Shown here one piece after another: positions 56,173-64,000 of a DNA stretch of 64,000 nt. This DNA is from Actinomycetes bacterium. Lineage in GTDB: Bacteria; Actinomycetota; UBA4738; HRBIN12. Positions within the stretch are counted from its first letter, which is position 1. Each line of letters begins with the position of its first letter. Below the pieces are notes generated by a model, which did not search any database, was not told the DNA's origin, and saw nothing but the letters and a program-made list of their open reading frames with translations. Where the stretch lies: contig JANLXF010000089.1 in assembly GCA_031364965.1 (NCBI GenBank), positions 15,709 to 79,708 of the forward strand, in the 5' to 3' direction. The position numbers and the translations under genes are program-made.

Positions 56173-57737
56173 GCGAGCGCCTCGGCGACCTGCTCGGGTG
56201 TGAGCCATCCCGCACCGAACGCCCGGGTCATCTGGGGGGCGAAGACGTGCGAGTCGCCGAGCACCTCGCCGGGATCACCGTCGGCGATGACCTCGCCGCC
56301 CGCGAGCATGACGACGCGGGTGGCGACGGCCGCCGCGAGCTCGACATCGTGGGTGGCGAACAACACCGTGCCGCCTTCGGCGGCGTGGGATCGCAGGAAC
56401 CGCGCCAGGCGGGCCTTGGCCTCGGGGTCGAGCCCGCGCGTGGGCTCGTCGAGGAGCAGCACGGGAGCGTGGCCCGCGGCGATCGCCGCGGTCGCCACGA
56501 GGAGTCGCTGCCCGGCCGAAAGGTCTCGGGGGTGCTGCCCCGCGAGGTCGTCGATCCCGAGCGCCGCTAGCACCGCCTCGGGTCGCACGTGATCCATCCC
56601 GCGTGCCTTCAGGGTCACAGCCACCTCGGCGGCGACGGTCTCGGAGAACAGCACGGACTCGGGCTCCTGAGGGCAGAGCGCCGCATCGACGCCCGGCCGC
56701 GGCGCATGGCCTCCGACCCGGGCGGTCCCGGAGGCGGGAGCGTGGACGCCGGCGATCGAGCGCAGCAGCGTCGTCTTGCCCGCGCCGTTGCGGCCCATCA
56801 CGGCGACGATCTCGCCTTCGCCGGCGACGAGGTCGACGTCGTGCAACGCAGTGGCGTCGCCGTGCCGCGCGGTCAGATGACGCAGCTCGACCCGTACGGC
56901 GCCCGGCACCGGGACCACCGGGCTCCGTCGTGCGGGGAGCGCCCCCGCAAGCCGGCGCGCGTCGCGGACCGTCAGCGGGACGGGGTCCCAGCTCATGAGC
57001 CGTCCCAGCCGTGCGACGGGCGGCCCCATCTTCAAGCGCCGGATCACCGCGGCGGGGTCGCCCGCCGTCAGGCGACCTTCGTCGAACCCGATCGCCAGGT
57101 CGACCTGGCCGGCGACGCGCTCGAGCCGGTGCTCGGCGAGGACGACGGTCATCCCCTGGTCGTGCACGAGCCGCTGCAACGCGGCGAACACGTGTTCCGC
57201 GCCCTGGGGATCCAGCTGCGAGGTGGGCTCGTCGAGCACGAGGATCCGCGGGCCGGCGGCGAGCGCGGCCGCGATCGCCACGCGTTGCCGCTCGCCACCC
57301 GAGATCGCGCGGACGCTCCTGCCGCGCAGCGGCTCGATATCCAACAGATCCAGCATCTCCTCGACGCGCCTGCGCATGTGCGCGGGAGCGACGCCGAGGT
57401 TCTCCATGCCGTACGCCAGCTCGTCTTCCACGCGATCGAGCACGAACGACGAACCCGGATCCTGGGGCACGAACGCGACCGCGTCGGCGAGCGCGCGTGG
57501 CGCATGGGCGAGGGTGTCACGCCCGGCGGCGAGGACGCGACCCGTGAATGCGCCGCCTGTGAAATGCGGCACGAGGCCGTTCGCCAGGCGCAGGAAGGTC
57601 GACTTGCCCGCCCCCGTCGGCCCCACCGCGAGGGCGAACGTGCCTTCTTCGATGTCGATGGTGACGTCGCGGAGCGCGGGTTGCGACGCGTCGGGATAGC
57701 GGAAGGAGACGGCATCGATGCGCAGGGCGTCGGTCAT
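56169..57737 (-). CDS. ecfA: Energy-coupling-factor transporter ATPase, fused tandem EcfA1-EcfA2
   Basis: 522 aa with two ABC cassettes: Walker A GPTGAGKST and GRNGAGKTT, two LSGG signatures, and two Walker B motifs. The 777-aa track ORF has a non-coding N-terminus. Confidence 0.88.
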   Translation of the reverse strand: MTDALRIDAVSFRYPDASQPALRDVTIDIEEGTFALAVGPTGAGKSTFLRLANGLVPHFTGGAFTGRVLAAGRDTLAHAPRALADAVAFVPQDPGSSFVLDRVEDELAYGMENLGVAPAHMRRRVEEMLDLLDIEPLRGRSVRAISGGERQRVAIAAALAAGPRILVLDEPTSQLDPQGAEHVFAALQRLVHDQGMTVVLAEHRLERVAGQVDLAIGFDEGRLTAGDPAAVIRRLKMGPPVARLGRLMSWDPVPLTVRDARRLAGALPARRSPVVPVPGAVRVELRHLTARHGDATALHDVDLVAGEGEIVAVMGRNGAGKTTLLRSIAGVHAPASGTARVGGHAPRPGVDAALCPQEPESVLFSETVAAEVAVTLKARGMDHVRPEAVLAALGIDDLAGQHPRDLSAGQRLLVATAAIAAGHAPVLLLDEPTRGLDPEAKARLARFLRSHAAEGGTVLFATHDVELAAAVATRVVMLAGGEVIADGDPGEVLGDSHVFAPQMTRAFGAGWLTPEQVAEALA

Positions 57738-58534
57738 GTGTGCTCCGTCGGGGAGCGGACCACACCCGGGAGGGCAAGGATCCCGATGACGGCGAGCATC
57801 GCGGGGCGGACCGGTGGCCATGCGAGCGGGGAGGTCGCGGGATGCAGATCGGGCCCCTGCTGCCACGCCGCCGCGAGTGACACCGCCGCGCACGCGATCG
57901 CGGACGCCGAGACGCCGACCGCGGCGGGGGTCCAGCGCGAGGGCCGGTACCGGCTCCGACGTCCCCGGCCGTGGCCGCGCGAGTCCATGCTCTCGGCGAG
58001 GGTGACCGCCTCCTCCATGCCGGTCTCGAGCACGGGGACGGCGAGCGCGGGAAGGGTCCGCCACGAAGTCGGGATGCCGCGGAGCGTCTGCGCCTCGCGA
58101 ACGCGCCCCACCATCGCGACGGTGCGCGGCGCGATCGAGAGCGCGAGCGCGGCCGCGAGGGCCGGCTCGTGGAACCGCCGCGGCGCGAGCCGCACGACGC
58201 CGAACGGATCCGTCACGGCATTGAAGGTCCCGAAGACGATCAGGAGGGTCGCCAGCCGAGCGCCCTCGAGCGCGGCGAACGCGACGTTTCCGGCATCGAC
58301 GGTTCCCAGGAAGACCAACGAGGTGCGTACCACCACCGTGATCAGGCCCGCGATCGCGAACAACCGGAACGATCGCGCGGTGGGGCCGGGTATCCGCTGG
58401 GACGCGTAGACGAAGAACGAGACCGCCACGATCAGTGCCAGGTAGAACGGATTCGTCGTGGTGAACGTGACCAGTCCGGCGCAGGTCGCCCACGTGATCC
58501 ACGCACCCGGGTGCAGCCCGCTATCGCGATGCAA
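57734..58534 (-). CDS. ecfT: Energy-coupling-factor transporter transmembrane component EcfT (CbiQ family)
   Basis: CbiQ-like polytopic protein (LHPGAWITWATCAGLVTF...). Candidate TTG start at 58534 with SD ggagac. The stop overlaps the ecfA start. Confidence 0.7.
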   Translation of the reverse strand: MHRDSGLHPGAWITWATCAGLVTFTTTNPFYLALIVAVSFFVYASQRIPGPTARSFRLFAIAGLITVVVRTSLVFLGTVDAGNVAFAALEGARLATLLIVFGTFNAVTDPFGVVRLAPRRFHEPALAAALALSIAPRTVAMVGRVREAQTLRGIPTSWRTLPALAVPVLETGMEEAVTLAESMDSRGHGRGRRSRYRPSRWTPAAVGVSASAIACAAVSLAAAWQQGPDLHPATSPLAWPPVRPAMLAVIGILALPGVVRSPTEHT

Positions 58535-59402
58535 GGGTGCGTCTCCGGCGCATCGTGAGCCAGCCGGCGGCACCGAGCGATGCCACCGCGACGAGCGCGA
58601 GCCACGCCCCTGCGGGTGGCCCGCCCGCTCCGGGCGAGGCGCCGGCGGCGAGGGTGCCGACCGGGCTCGCTCGCACGACCGTCTGGGCGGGCGGTGGGGT
58701 GGGCTCCGTGATGGGCGCCTGAGAATCGTGTGCGCTCGCGCGCGCGCTGGCGGAGGGCTTCGCGGGGCCGGCGGCGCCCGAGGCGCTCGCGTCGGCGCCC
58801 GGGCTCGCACCGGACCCGCCGCTCCCGGAGCCGGTGCCGCCGCCCGCTGGGGCGGGATCCGGACTGGGCTTCGGGCTCGGCGAAGGCGAAGGCGACGGCG
58901 CGGGTGCGGGTTCGCAGACGTCGCCGGAGGCGAGCGCCGGCGGCGAGGCGTGCGTGGTTCCGGAGTCACCCGGCCCCCAGACCCAGCCCTCCATGTCGCC
59001 GTCACCGATCGATGCCGACGCGGCGCCGGAGCCGGCCCAGCTCCAGTTCCCGTTCCCGTCGCCGTGCCAATACCCCCAGTAGTCAGGATAGTCGGCGAAG
59101 CAGTCGCCTCCGCCCGGCCCGATGCCGTCGAGCTGACAGACGGCCTGGCCCCCGAACCCAAGCCCGTACTGCAGGCCGTACTGCCGCCCGGCGAGCTGGA
59201 TCAGGTGCAGGCCGCTCACGCTCGCGGCGTCGAGCGCCACGCAGTAGGTCGACGTGCGGCTCCCGTTGTCGATCACGAGCGCGGCGTGCGGGGCGCCCGT
59301 GGCGGCCGCGCACGACACCCCCGTTCCGGCGACGGCGGGACCGAACGCCGGGAAGGTCAGCGCCAGCGCGACGACGAGCGTGCGGAGGCGACGGGTCGTC
59401 AT
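58521..59402 (-). CDS. Secreted, C-terminally membrane-anchored DUF4430-like protein (candidate cobalamin-binding beta-domain protein)
   Basis: Signal peptide MTTRRLRTLVVALALTFPAFGPAVA. Motif DYWGYWHGDGNGNWSWAGSGAASASIGDGDMEGWVWG fits the DUF4430 W/G pattern. Followed by a Pro/Ser-rich linker and a C-terminal TM helix. Confidence 0.6.
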   Translation of the reverse strand: MTTRRLRTLVVALALTFPAFGPAVAGTGVSCAAATGAPHAALVIDNGSRTSTYCVALDAASVSGLHLIQLAGRQYGLQYGLGFGGQAVCQLDGIGPGGGDCFADYPDYWGYWHGDGNGNWSWAGSGAASASIGDGDMEGWVWGPGDSGTTHASPPALASGDVCEPAPAPSPSPSPSPKPSPDPAPAGGGTGSGSGGSGASPGADASASGAAGPAKPSASARASAHDSQAPITEPTPPPAQTVVRASPVGTLAAGASPGAGGPPAGAWLALVAVASLGAAGWLTMRRRRTLASR

Positions 59403-59405
59403 CGG

Positions 59406-60407
59406 CTACGTCGCACAGGGCGGGGTGGGGGTGATCGGGCCGGCCACCGGGCCGCTGATCGGCAGCGCCCGCAGGAGCAGGCCGGGAACGGCGCCGATCG
59501 TGGCACCGATATCGGGTACGCCGCGCGATGGACCGTCGTACGAGTACGCCCAAGCGCCGCAGTTCGGGTACTGGAGTGCGCGGAGCGCGGTACGTCCTCC
59601 CGCGGGCACCGGGTCGCCCGCCGATGCGTACGCCTGCAGCACGAGCGCGGTGGAATTCGCGTCGGTGGCGATGAACCCGGCCGAGTAGCTCCACCCTCCG
59701 TGGGCGTCGTCGCGCACCGTGTCGAAGAAGGCGAACGGATCGGCCCCGAACTTGCCGCGGTTCGCGGCCTCGAGCGCCTGCACGACGTAAGACGTGGTGT
59801 TCGAGTCGGAGGTGAAGAAGTCGGTGCCCGAGCCGTCGTCGCACGAGGCGTCGTCGGTCCCCGCGGCGTAGGGCTCGTCGTACGCCCATCCGCCGTCGGG
59901 GCACTGCGCGTCGAGCAACCATCCGGTGACGGCGGTCGAGGGCGTGATACCGGCGCTCTCGAGGGCGAGCGTGGCGAGCGCGTCGTCGAACACGGCCGCG
60001 TCGCCGAACCGTCCCGCCGAGATCGTGCCGCGCAAGCCGGCCACGAGGTTCGCGCCGCCGAACGCCCGTGGATCGCGCCCGGCGGCGCTCACCGCGAGCA
60101 CGACCTTCGCCTGGAGGCCCACCCCGGTGACGTTGCCGGCCTCTACCTGGCGGGCCAGGTAGCCGAGCGCGTCGCGCACGACCCCTCTACCCTGGCCGAC
60201 CGCGACGGCGGCGAGGACCGCGTCGGCGGTGGATCCGATCGGCGAGAACGCCGGGATCGAGCCGTTCGGCTTCTGCTGCGATGCGATGTAGCCGAGGCCA
60301 CGCTGGGCGCGTTCGGCGTCGGTGGTCGCGAAGGCCGCCGCCGGGACGGCGAGCAGCAGCGCCCCGATGGTGACAACGGTGAAGATCTTCCTGCGGGTCG
60401 AGCCCAT
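59406..60407 (-). CDS. Secreted prenyltransferase/squalene-cyclase-repeat (alpha/alpha toroid) protein (candidate cobalamin-binding alpha-domain protein)
   Basis: Signal peptide MGSTRRKIFTVVTIGALLLAVPAAAFA. Recurrent GGW-type repeats (QCPDGGWAY; DDAHGGWSYSAG; NCGAWAYSYDG). First gene after the riboswitch. Confidence 0.6.
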   Translation of the reverse strand: MGSTRRKIFTVVTIGALLLAVPAAAFATTDAERAQRGLGYIASQQKPNGSIPAFSPIGSTADAVLAAVAVGQGRGVVRDALGYLARQVEAGNVTGVGLQAKVVLAVSAAGRDPRAFGGANLVAGLRGTISAGRFGDAAVFDDALATLALESAGITPSTAVTGWLLDAQCPDGGWAYDEPYAAGTDDASCDDGSGTDFFTSDSNTTSYVVQALEAANRGKFGADPFAFFDTVRDDAHGGWSYSAGFIATDANSTALVLQAYASAGDPVPAGGRTALRALQYPNCGAWAYSYDGPSRGVPDIGATIGAVPGLLLRALPISGPVAGPITPTPPCAT

Positions 60408-60439
60408 GTGGGTCTACCCCTTTCCGAGCGTCCGCGCGC

Positions 60440-60665
60440 CCTCACGGAACGACCTCCCGGAACACGGCGGGAGGTCGGCGTCGGGGCGAATCGCCCGGCG
60501 GCGCGATCCCCTGTCCACGAGGGTCGTTCGGCCGTGCGTCGCGCAGGGCGGCCTGGCTCGTCCACTCCGATGGTGGACCTACAGTTGCGGGACAGCGCCG
60601 GAATCCGACCGGCTTCGCCTCCGCGACGCGGTGTGCCCGTGACGCTAGCACGCGAGCCGCGAGCG
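60440..60665 (-). ncRNA. Cobalamin (B12) riboswitch
   Basis: Minus-strand transcript contains GGUCGGAUUCCGGCGCUGUCCCGCAACUGUAGG, which matches the conserved core GGUG..AAUCC...CUG.CCCGCAACUGUA. A B12-box-like GAGCCAGGCCGCCCUGC follows. An expression-platform hairpin GACCUCCCG-N8-CGGGAGGUC lies ahead of the RBS AAAGGGG. Confidence 0.75.
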
Positions 60666-60789
60666 CGGCCAATCGCCCCCTTCGAAGGCCCCGTGCGGAT
60701 GATGCCCGAGCGTTGAACGTTCCTTGGGGTGACCTTTACCCGTGGAAGCGTTCATGGGAGGCACGAACCCCGTGAGGAAAGGTGCACCC

Positions 60790-61299
60790 ATGGAGACCCT
60801 CCGCAAAGGATCGACCGAGGCAGCGACAGCACCTCCGGTGGCCGTCAAGCAGATCCCGCAGGCAGAGCCTCCGCACCCCCGCTCGATGCCGTGGCTGGTG
60901 GCCGGCCTCATGGTCATGACCGCGGCGTTCCTCGTGCTCGCGATCTTGACGGTCTTGCCCCGGCTGCGACCGAGCGAGCCGGTCCGCCTGCTGGATCAGA
61001 CGATGGCGACGTGGGATTCGGGAACCCCCTCATCGTTCGCCGCCATCTACGCCCGCGACGCGGTGGTGGTGCACGCCGACGGTACGAAGGTGACCGGACT
61101 CGCCGAGATCGTCGCCGACGCGAAAGCGGCCGGAGCCGACTTCACGATGGTGCGCACGGGCGACGTCTCGGTGACGCACAGCGGTTCCTACGCCGCGGCC
61201 ACCTTCCGTTACACAGGAGCGGGCCGGGGTTCTGGCCTCCTCGTGATCCAGATCGTTGACGGGGAGATCACCCATCAGTGGAGCTACGCGCTGCCTTGA
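60790..61299 (+). CDS. Membrane-anchored SnoaL/NTF2-like domain protein
   Basis: The ATG at 60790 has SD gaggaaagg. A TM helix WLVAGLMVMTAAFLVLAIL is followed by an NTF2-like fold region (FAAIYARDAVVVHADG). Confidence 0.6.
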   Translation: METLRKGSTEAATAPPVAVKQIPQAEPPHPRSMPWLVAGLMVMTAAFLVLAILTVLPRLRPSEPVRLLDQTMATWDSGTPSSFAAIYARDAVVVHADGTKVTGLAEIVADAKAAGADFTMVRTGDVSVTHSGSYAAATFRYTGAGRGSGLLVIQIVDGEITHQWSYALP

Positions 61300-61340
61300 T
61301 CTACCGGGTGACGCAACGGCGGCCATCGCCGACCTCTCGC

Positions 61341-62126
61341 TCACTCGCTGACGAACGAGAGCAGGGTGAGGTCGCCGGCGTCCTCGGTCCGTGCGGGGTC
61401 CAGGCGATACCCGGCCGGGTGCTCCCATCCGCTCAGGTCGTCGGGGCTCGCGCCCGGGTGGGCGAGCAGGAACCGCACGAGCGCCCCCTTCAGGAACTTG
61501 TTCCAGTGGGAGACCGGGGCGAGGGTCCCATCCGGACGCCGTTTGAGGAACGTGGCGGAGTACTGCGCCAGACCGCTCGGCGCTCGCCAGGCTGCCGCGT
61601 GCTCCTGCGGGAGGAGGTTCCAGACCGCCCGGCCTGCGGCCCGCTCGGCGATCGCCGCCGAGAGGTCGTCGCGCCACCAGGTCGACAGCTTCCCGAGACG
61701 GGGCAGGGCGGCGCCGATCTTCAGCTTGTAGTCGGGGATCGGGTCGGTCGGTGCGAGGGCCCCCCAGAGCCCCGAGACGATCAGCACCGAGGCGTCCAGC
61801 CGGCGCCGTTGCGCGGCACCGAGCGATCGATGGTCGAGCGCGTCGTAGAGCACCCCGGTGTACCGCTCGATCGCGGGCATCGTGGGGGTCGCGCGCGCGT
61901 CTCGGTCGGCCTCGGTGGCCGCGGCGAGCGCAACCCCCTTGACGCCCAGGAGCTTCCCGCGGGCGGCCGCGCTCGCACGCATCGCGCGCGCGAGCGCGTC
62001 GAGCACTTCCTCACGACGGTCATCGAGCGCGAGCGCCATCGTGTCGCGCGCCCATGGGTTCCCCTCGCCTCCCGACGCCTTCCCCTCGGACGGGGGCAGC
62101 AAGATCAAGGGGAGCGACGCGGACAC
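61341..62126 (-). CDS. yaaA: YaaA-family peroxide stress protein (UPF0246/DUF328)
   Basis: N-terminal LILLPPSEGK matches the YaaA signature. 261 aa. Confidence 0.85.
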   Translation of the reverse strand: MSASLPLILLPPSEGKASGGEGNPWARDTMALALDDRREEVLDALARAMRASAAARGKLLGVKGVALAAATEADRDARATPTMPAIERYTGVLYDALDHRSLGAAQRRRLDASVLIVSGLWGALAPTDPIPDYKLKIGAALPRLGKLSTWWRDDLSAAIAERAAGRAVWNLLPQEHAAAWRAPSGLAQYSATFLKRRPDGTLAPVSHWNKFLKGALVRFLLAHPGASPDDLSGWEHPAGYRLDPARTEDAGDLTLLSFVSE

Positions 62127-62132
62127 GAACGG

Positions 62133-62978
62133 CTACCGGGGATCGTCGCCGGCGTCGCGCAGGTACCGCTCGATCTCGCTCGCGAGCTCGTCGCCCGAGG
62201 GGATCCCGTCCTCGGGCTGCTGCGCCTCGAGCCGGGTGACGAAATCGCGCGTCTCGTCCTGGGCGCTCACGGCGCTGTCGAGTCCCACCCGCTGGGCGTT
62301 CGCCTCGTCCATCAAGGAACCGAGCGGCAGCTCGATCTCGAGGTGCCGGGCGACGTGCTCGACGAGCGCGATCGTGCCGGCGGCGTAGGGGCCGCCCACG
62401 TACGGCGGGACCTGCGCGTAGAACCCGGTCGTGGGGATCCCCGCTCCGCTCACCCCCATCTCGAGGACGCTGAGCGCCGCAGCGGGCACGCGGAGCAGGC
62501 CTTCGGGGCCCTGCGACTCGCCGTGCCGCAGCAGGCCCGCATCCGAGGCGGTCGCGAACACCGGCACGGGGCGCGTGTGGGGCACCGCCGCGGGAACCGC
62601 CCCGATGCTCACCCACTCGACCACGCCGTGCATCAGGGCGAACTCCATCACGTCGTCGGCGAGCTGCTTCCAACGGAAATCCGGCTCGGCCCCGTGCAGG
62701 ACGAGGAGGTCCCGGCCGCCCACGCGCCGGCGCCGGATCGCGAGCTGCGGGTAGTCGAGCCGGCTCAGCACACCATCGACGACATCGAGCACCGGACGGC
62801 GTGAGCGATAGTCGAACAGCGCATCGGGATCGAACGTCGCGACCGTGTCGGCGCCTTCCGCAAGATGGGCGGCGGTCGTCGAGGCGACGCCGGCCGCGTC
62901 GATCCATCCGTCGAACGCGCCCACCAGCACGGGAGCGACGAGATCGTCCAGCGGGACGACGAGCCGGATCAGGTTCAC
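62133..62978 (-). CDS. PAC2 (proteasome assembly chaperone 2-like) family protein
   Basis: 281 aa. PAC2-like N-terminal region (LVGAFDGWIDAAGVASTTAAHL). Confidence 0.65.
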   Translation of the reverse strand: MNLIRLVVPLDDLVAPVLVGAFDGWIDAAGVASTTAAHLAEGADTVATFDPDALFDYRSRRPVLDVVDGVLSRLDYPQLAIRRRRVGGRDLLVLHGAEPDFRWKQLADDVMEFALMHGVVEWVSIGAVPAAVPHTRPVPVFATASDAGLLRHGESQGPEGLLRVPAAALSVLEMGVSGAGIPTTGFYAQVPPYVGGPYAAGTIALVEHVARHLEIELPLGSLMDEANAQRVGLDSAVSAQDETRDFVTRLEAQQPEDGIPSGDELASEIERYLRDAGDDPR

Positions 62979-63021
62979 CCACCCAGGATAGGCGGCTGGC
63001 TGGATCGTGGCGGGCCGGTGG

Positions 63022-63300
63022 TCAGCCGCGACCGAGACGTTCCATCTCGCGTCGGAGCCGCGCCTCCGACGGCTCGAGGCGGCGGAAGGTCTCCCACGCG
63101 TGGAACGCGATCCCGATCCCCCACCCCAAGATCGGGAAGATCGGCCAGAAGAATCCGCCTCCGCTCATCCACCAGATCACGCCGAGCATCCCGTTCACCA
63201 GCACGTAGGCCAGCAGGTTCGCGTAGAACTCCTGCGCGTGTTCGAGGCGGGTACGCGCCAACTCCCGGAGCTCGTCTTCATCGTGCCATCGGGCCATCAT
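63022..63300 (-). CDS. 2TM-domain small membrane protein
   Basis: The ATG ATG at 63300 gives 92 aa. Motif LVNGMLGVIWWMSGGGFFWPIFPILGWGIGIAFHAW is typical of the 2TM family. The remainder of the 317-aa track ORF is run-on. Confidence 0.75.
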   Translation of the reverse strand: MMARWHDEDELRELARTRLEHAQEFYANLLAYVLVNGMLGVIWWMSGGGFFWPIFPILGWGIGIAFHAWETFRRLEPSEARLRREMERLGRG

Positions 63301-63420
63301 CGACGACCACCTCCTCGGGCCATGCTCCGGCAGCGGAGCCGGGTCGCGTCCCGGCCGAACGGCGGGCCTGCGGCGGGCCGTTCGGGTAAGGGGAGGGGCC
63401 GGGAGTGCCGATGGTGCGGC

Positions 63421-63999
63421 ATGCGTCGGTTCCGGCATCCTGCGACCGAGGGCGGCTCGTCTCCGGTCGAGACGTTGCTGCTCGGCGCGCTCGTCTTCGT
63501 GCTCACGGCGGCGATCGTGGGGTTCGCCCTGATGATGACCCTGGCGCCCCGGTCGGCTCCGGTACCCGCCCCGGGTCCTGTGGCGTCGGCACCGGTGATC
63601 GAGATCGCCTGCGGCGCCGCCGCTGCGACCGTGACGGGCCAGGCCGTGGACGCCGGGCCGCGTGGCGCCCCGGTACAGGTCGCCGGCGACGACGGCGCCA
63701 CGCTCGCGTTCACCTCGCCCGGCAGTCCCGACTATGGGATGCGGGTCTTCGAGCCCACCGGCCGCTACCTGCTGCCGCTCGCGCCCGGCGTGTGGGAGGT
63801 CGCGTGCGCCGTGCCGCGCTCGGGTCCAACGACCGTGTTCCTCGGCACGTTCGAGGTGCGCGATCCCTTGCAGGTGTACCTGCGGTCGCTTCCCGATGGC
63901 CCGCCGGAGGGGACGTGCGCGCACGTCCTCGACGTGCCGTCGGGGTTCGCCACCGATCAGCTCGGCGCGCTGCACGAGGGCCTCGCCGGCGTCGGCGTC
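63421..63999 (+). CDS. Membrane-anchored hypothetical protein, 3'-truncated at window end
   Basis: ATG at 63421. Product MRRFRHPATEGGSSPVETLLLGALVFVLTAAIVGFALMMTLAP... contains a TM helix and has high GC3. The frame is open to the last base of the window. Not in the ORF track because there is no stop. Confidence 0.5.
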   Translation, partial: MRRFRHPATEGGSSPVETLLLGALVFVLTAAIVGFALMMTLAPRSAPVPAPGPVASAPVIEIACGAAAATVTGQAVDAGPRGAPVQVAGDDGATLAFTSPGSPDYGMRVFEPTGRYLLPLAPGVWEVACAVPRSGPTTVFLGTFEVRDPLQVYLRSLPDGPPEGTCAHVLDVPSGFATDQLGALHEGLAGVGV

Positions 64000-64000
64000 C

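Noticed and set aside
54164-58409. Plus-strand ORFs 54164..55495, 55507..56592, 56589..58409 and 56995..57699
   Set aside because: Antisense to the MFS gene and the ECF operon genes.
58458-60716. 752-aa plus ORF
   Set aside because: Antisense to the DUF4430-like and alpha-toroid genes. It also runs through the riboswitch.
61278-63975. ORFs 61278..62804(+), 62020..62982(-) and the N-terminal part of 63022..63975(-)
   Set aside because: Antisense or alternative frames of yaaA and PAC2. Only the C-terminal 92 codons of 63022..63975 (2TM protein) are supported.

Overview
High-GC actinobacterial-type chromosome segment that spans the replication origin region. The backbone follows the classical Mycobacterium/Corynebacteriales order: gyrA-gyrB-dciA(DUF721)-recF-dnaN-dnaA on the minus strand, then rpmH-rnpA-yidD-yidC-jag-rsmG-parA-parB on the plus strand, followed by ddl, cwlM-trxA-trxB-antisigma-sigM-murJ, a DUF6049-like protein, a mutT4-like NUDIX gene and cca/pcnA. 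DnaA-box clusters sit on both sides of dnaA, and a perfect parS palindrome sits at the 5' end of rsmG. Accessory genes are inserted into this backbone: a TauE exporter, an orphan PilT ATPase, LtrA, a P-type ATPase, and a MOT1-type molybdate transporter with a MerR-TOBE regulator. Further on lie a Ni-superoxide dismutase and its SodX maturation protease, flanked by secreted acidic Ca-binding repeat proteins, an RTX-like protein and a metzincin. After that come TusA/DsrE, a MarR-MFS pair, a TolB-propeller-cupredoxin fusion, ino1-padR, and an RHH plus degenerate Doc pair. The most notable locus (55.2-60.7 kb, minus strand) is a cobalamin-riboswitch-controlled operon. It encodes a secreted prenyltransferase-like alpha-toroid protein, a DUF4430-like protein, and an ECF transporter (EcfT, fused EcfA1A2, S component). 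I interpret it as a bacterial B12-capture system whose two secreted proteins resemble the split alpha and beta domains of the transcobalamin/intrinsic-factor family. Many long ORFs in the supplied track are antisense or out-of-frame artefacts of the high GC content and were rejected. No rRNA, tRNA, CRISPR or IS element was found.
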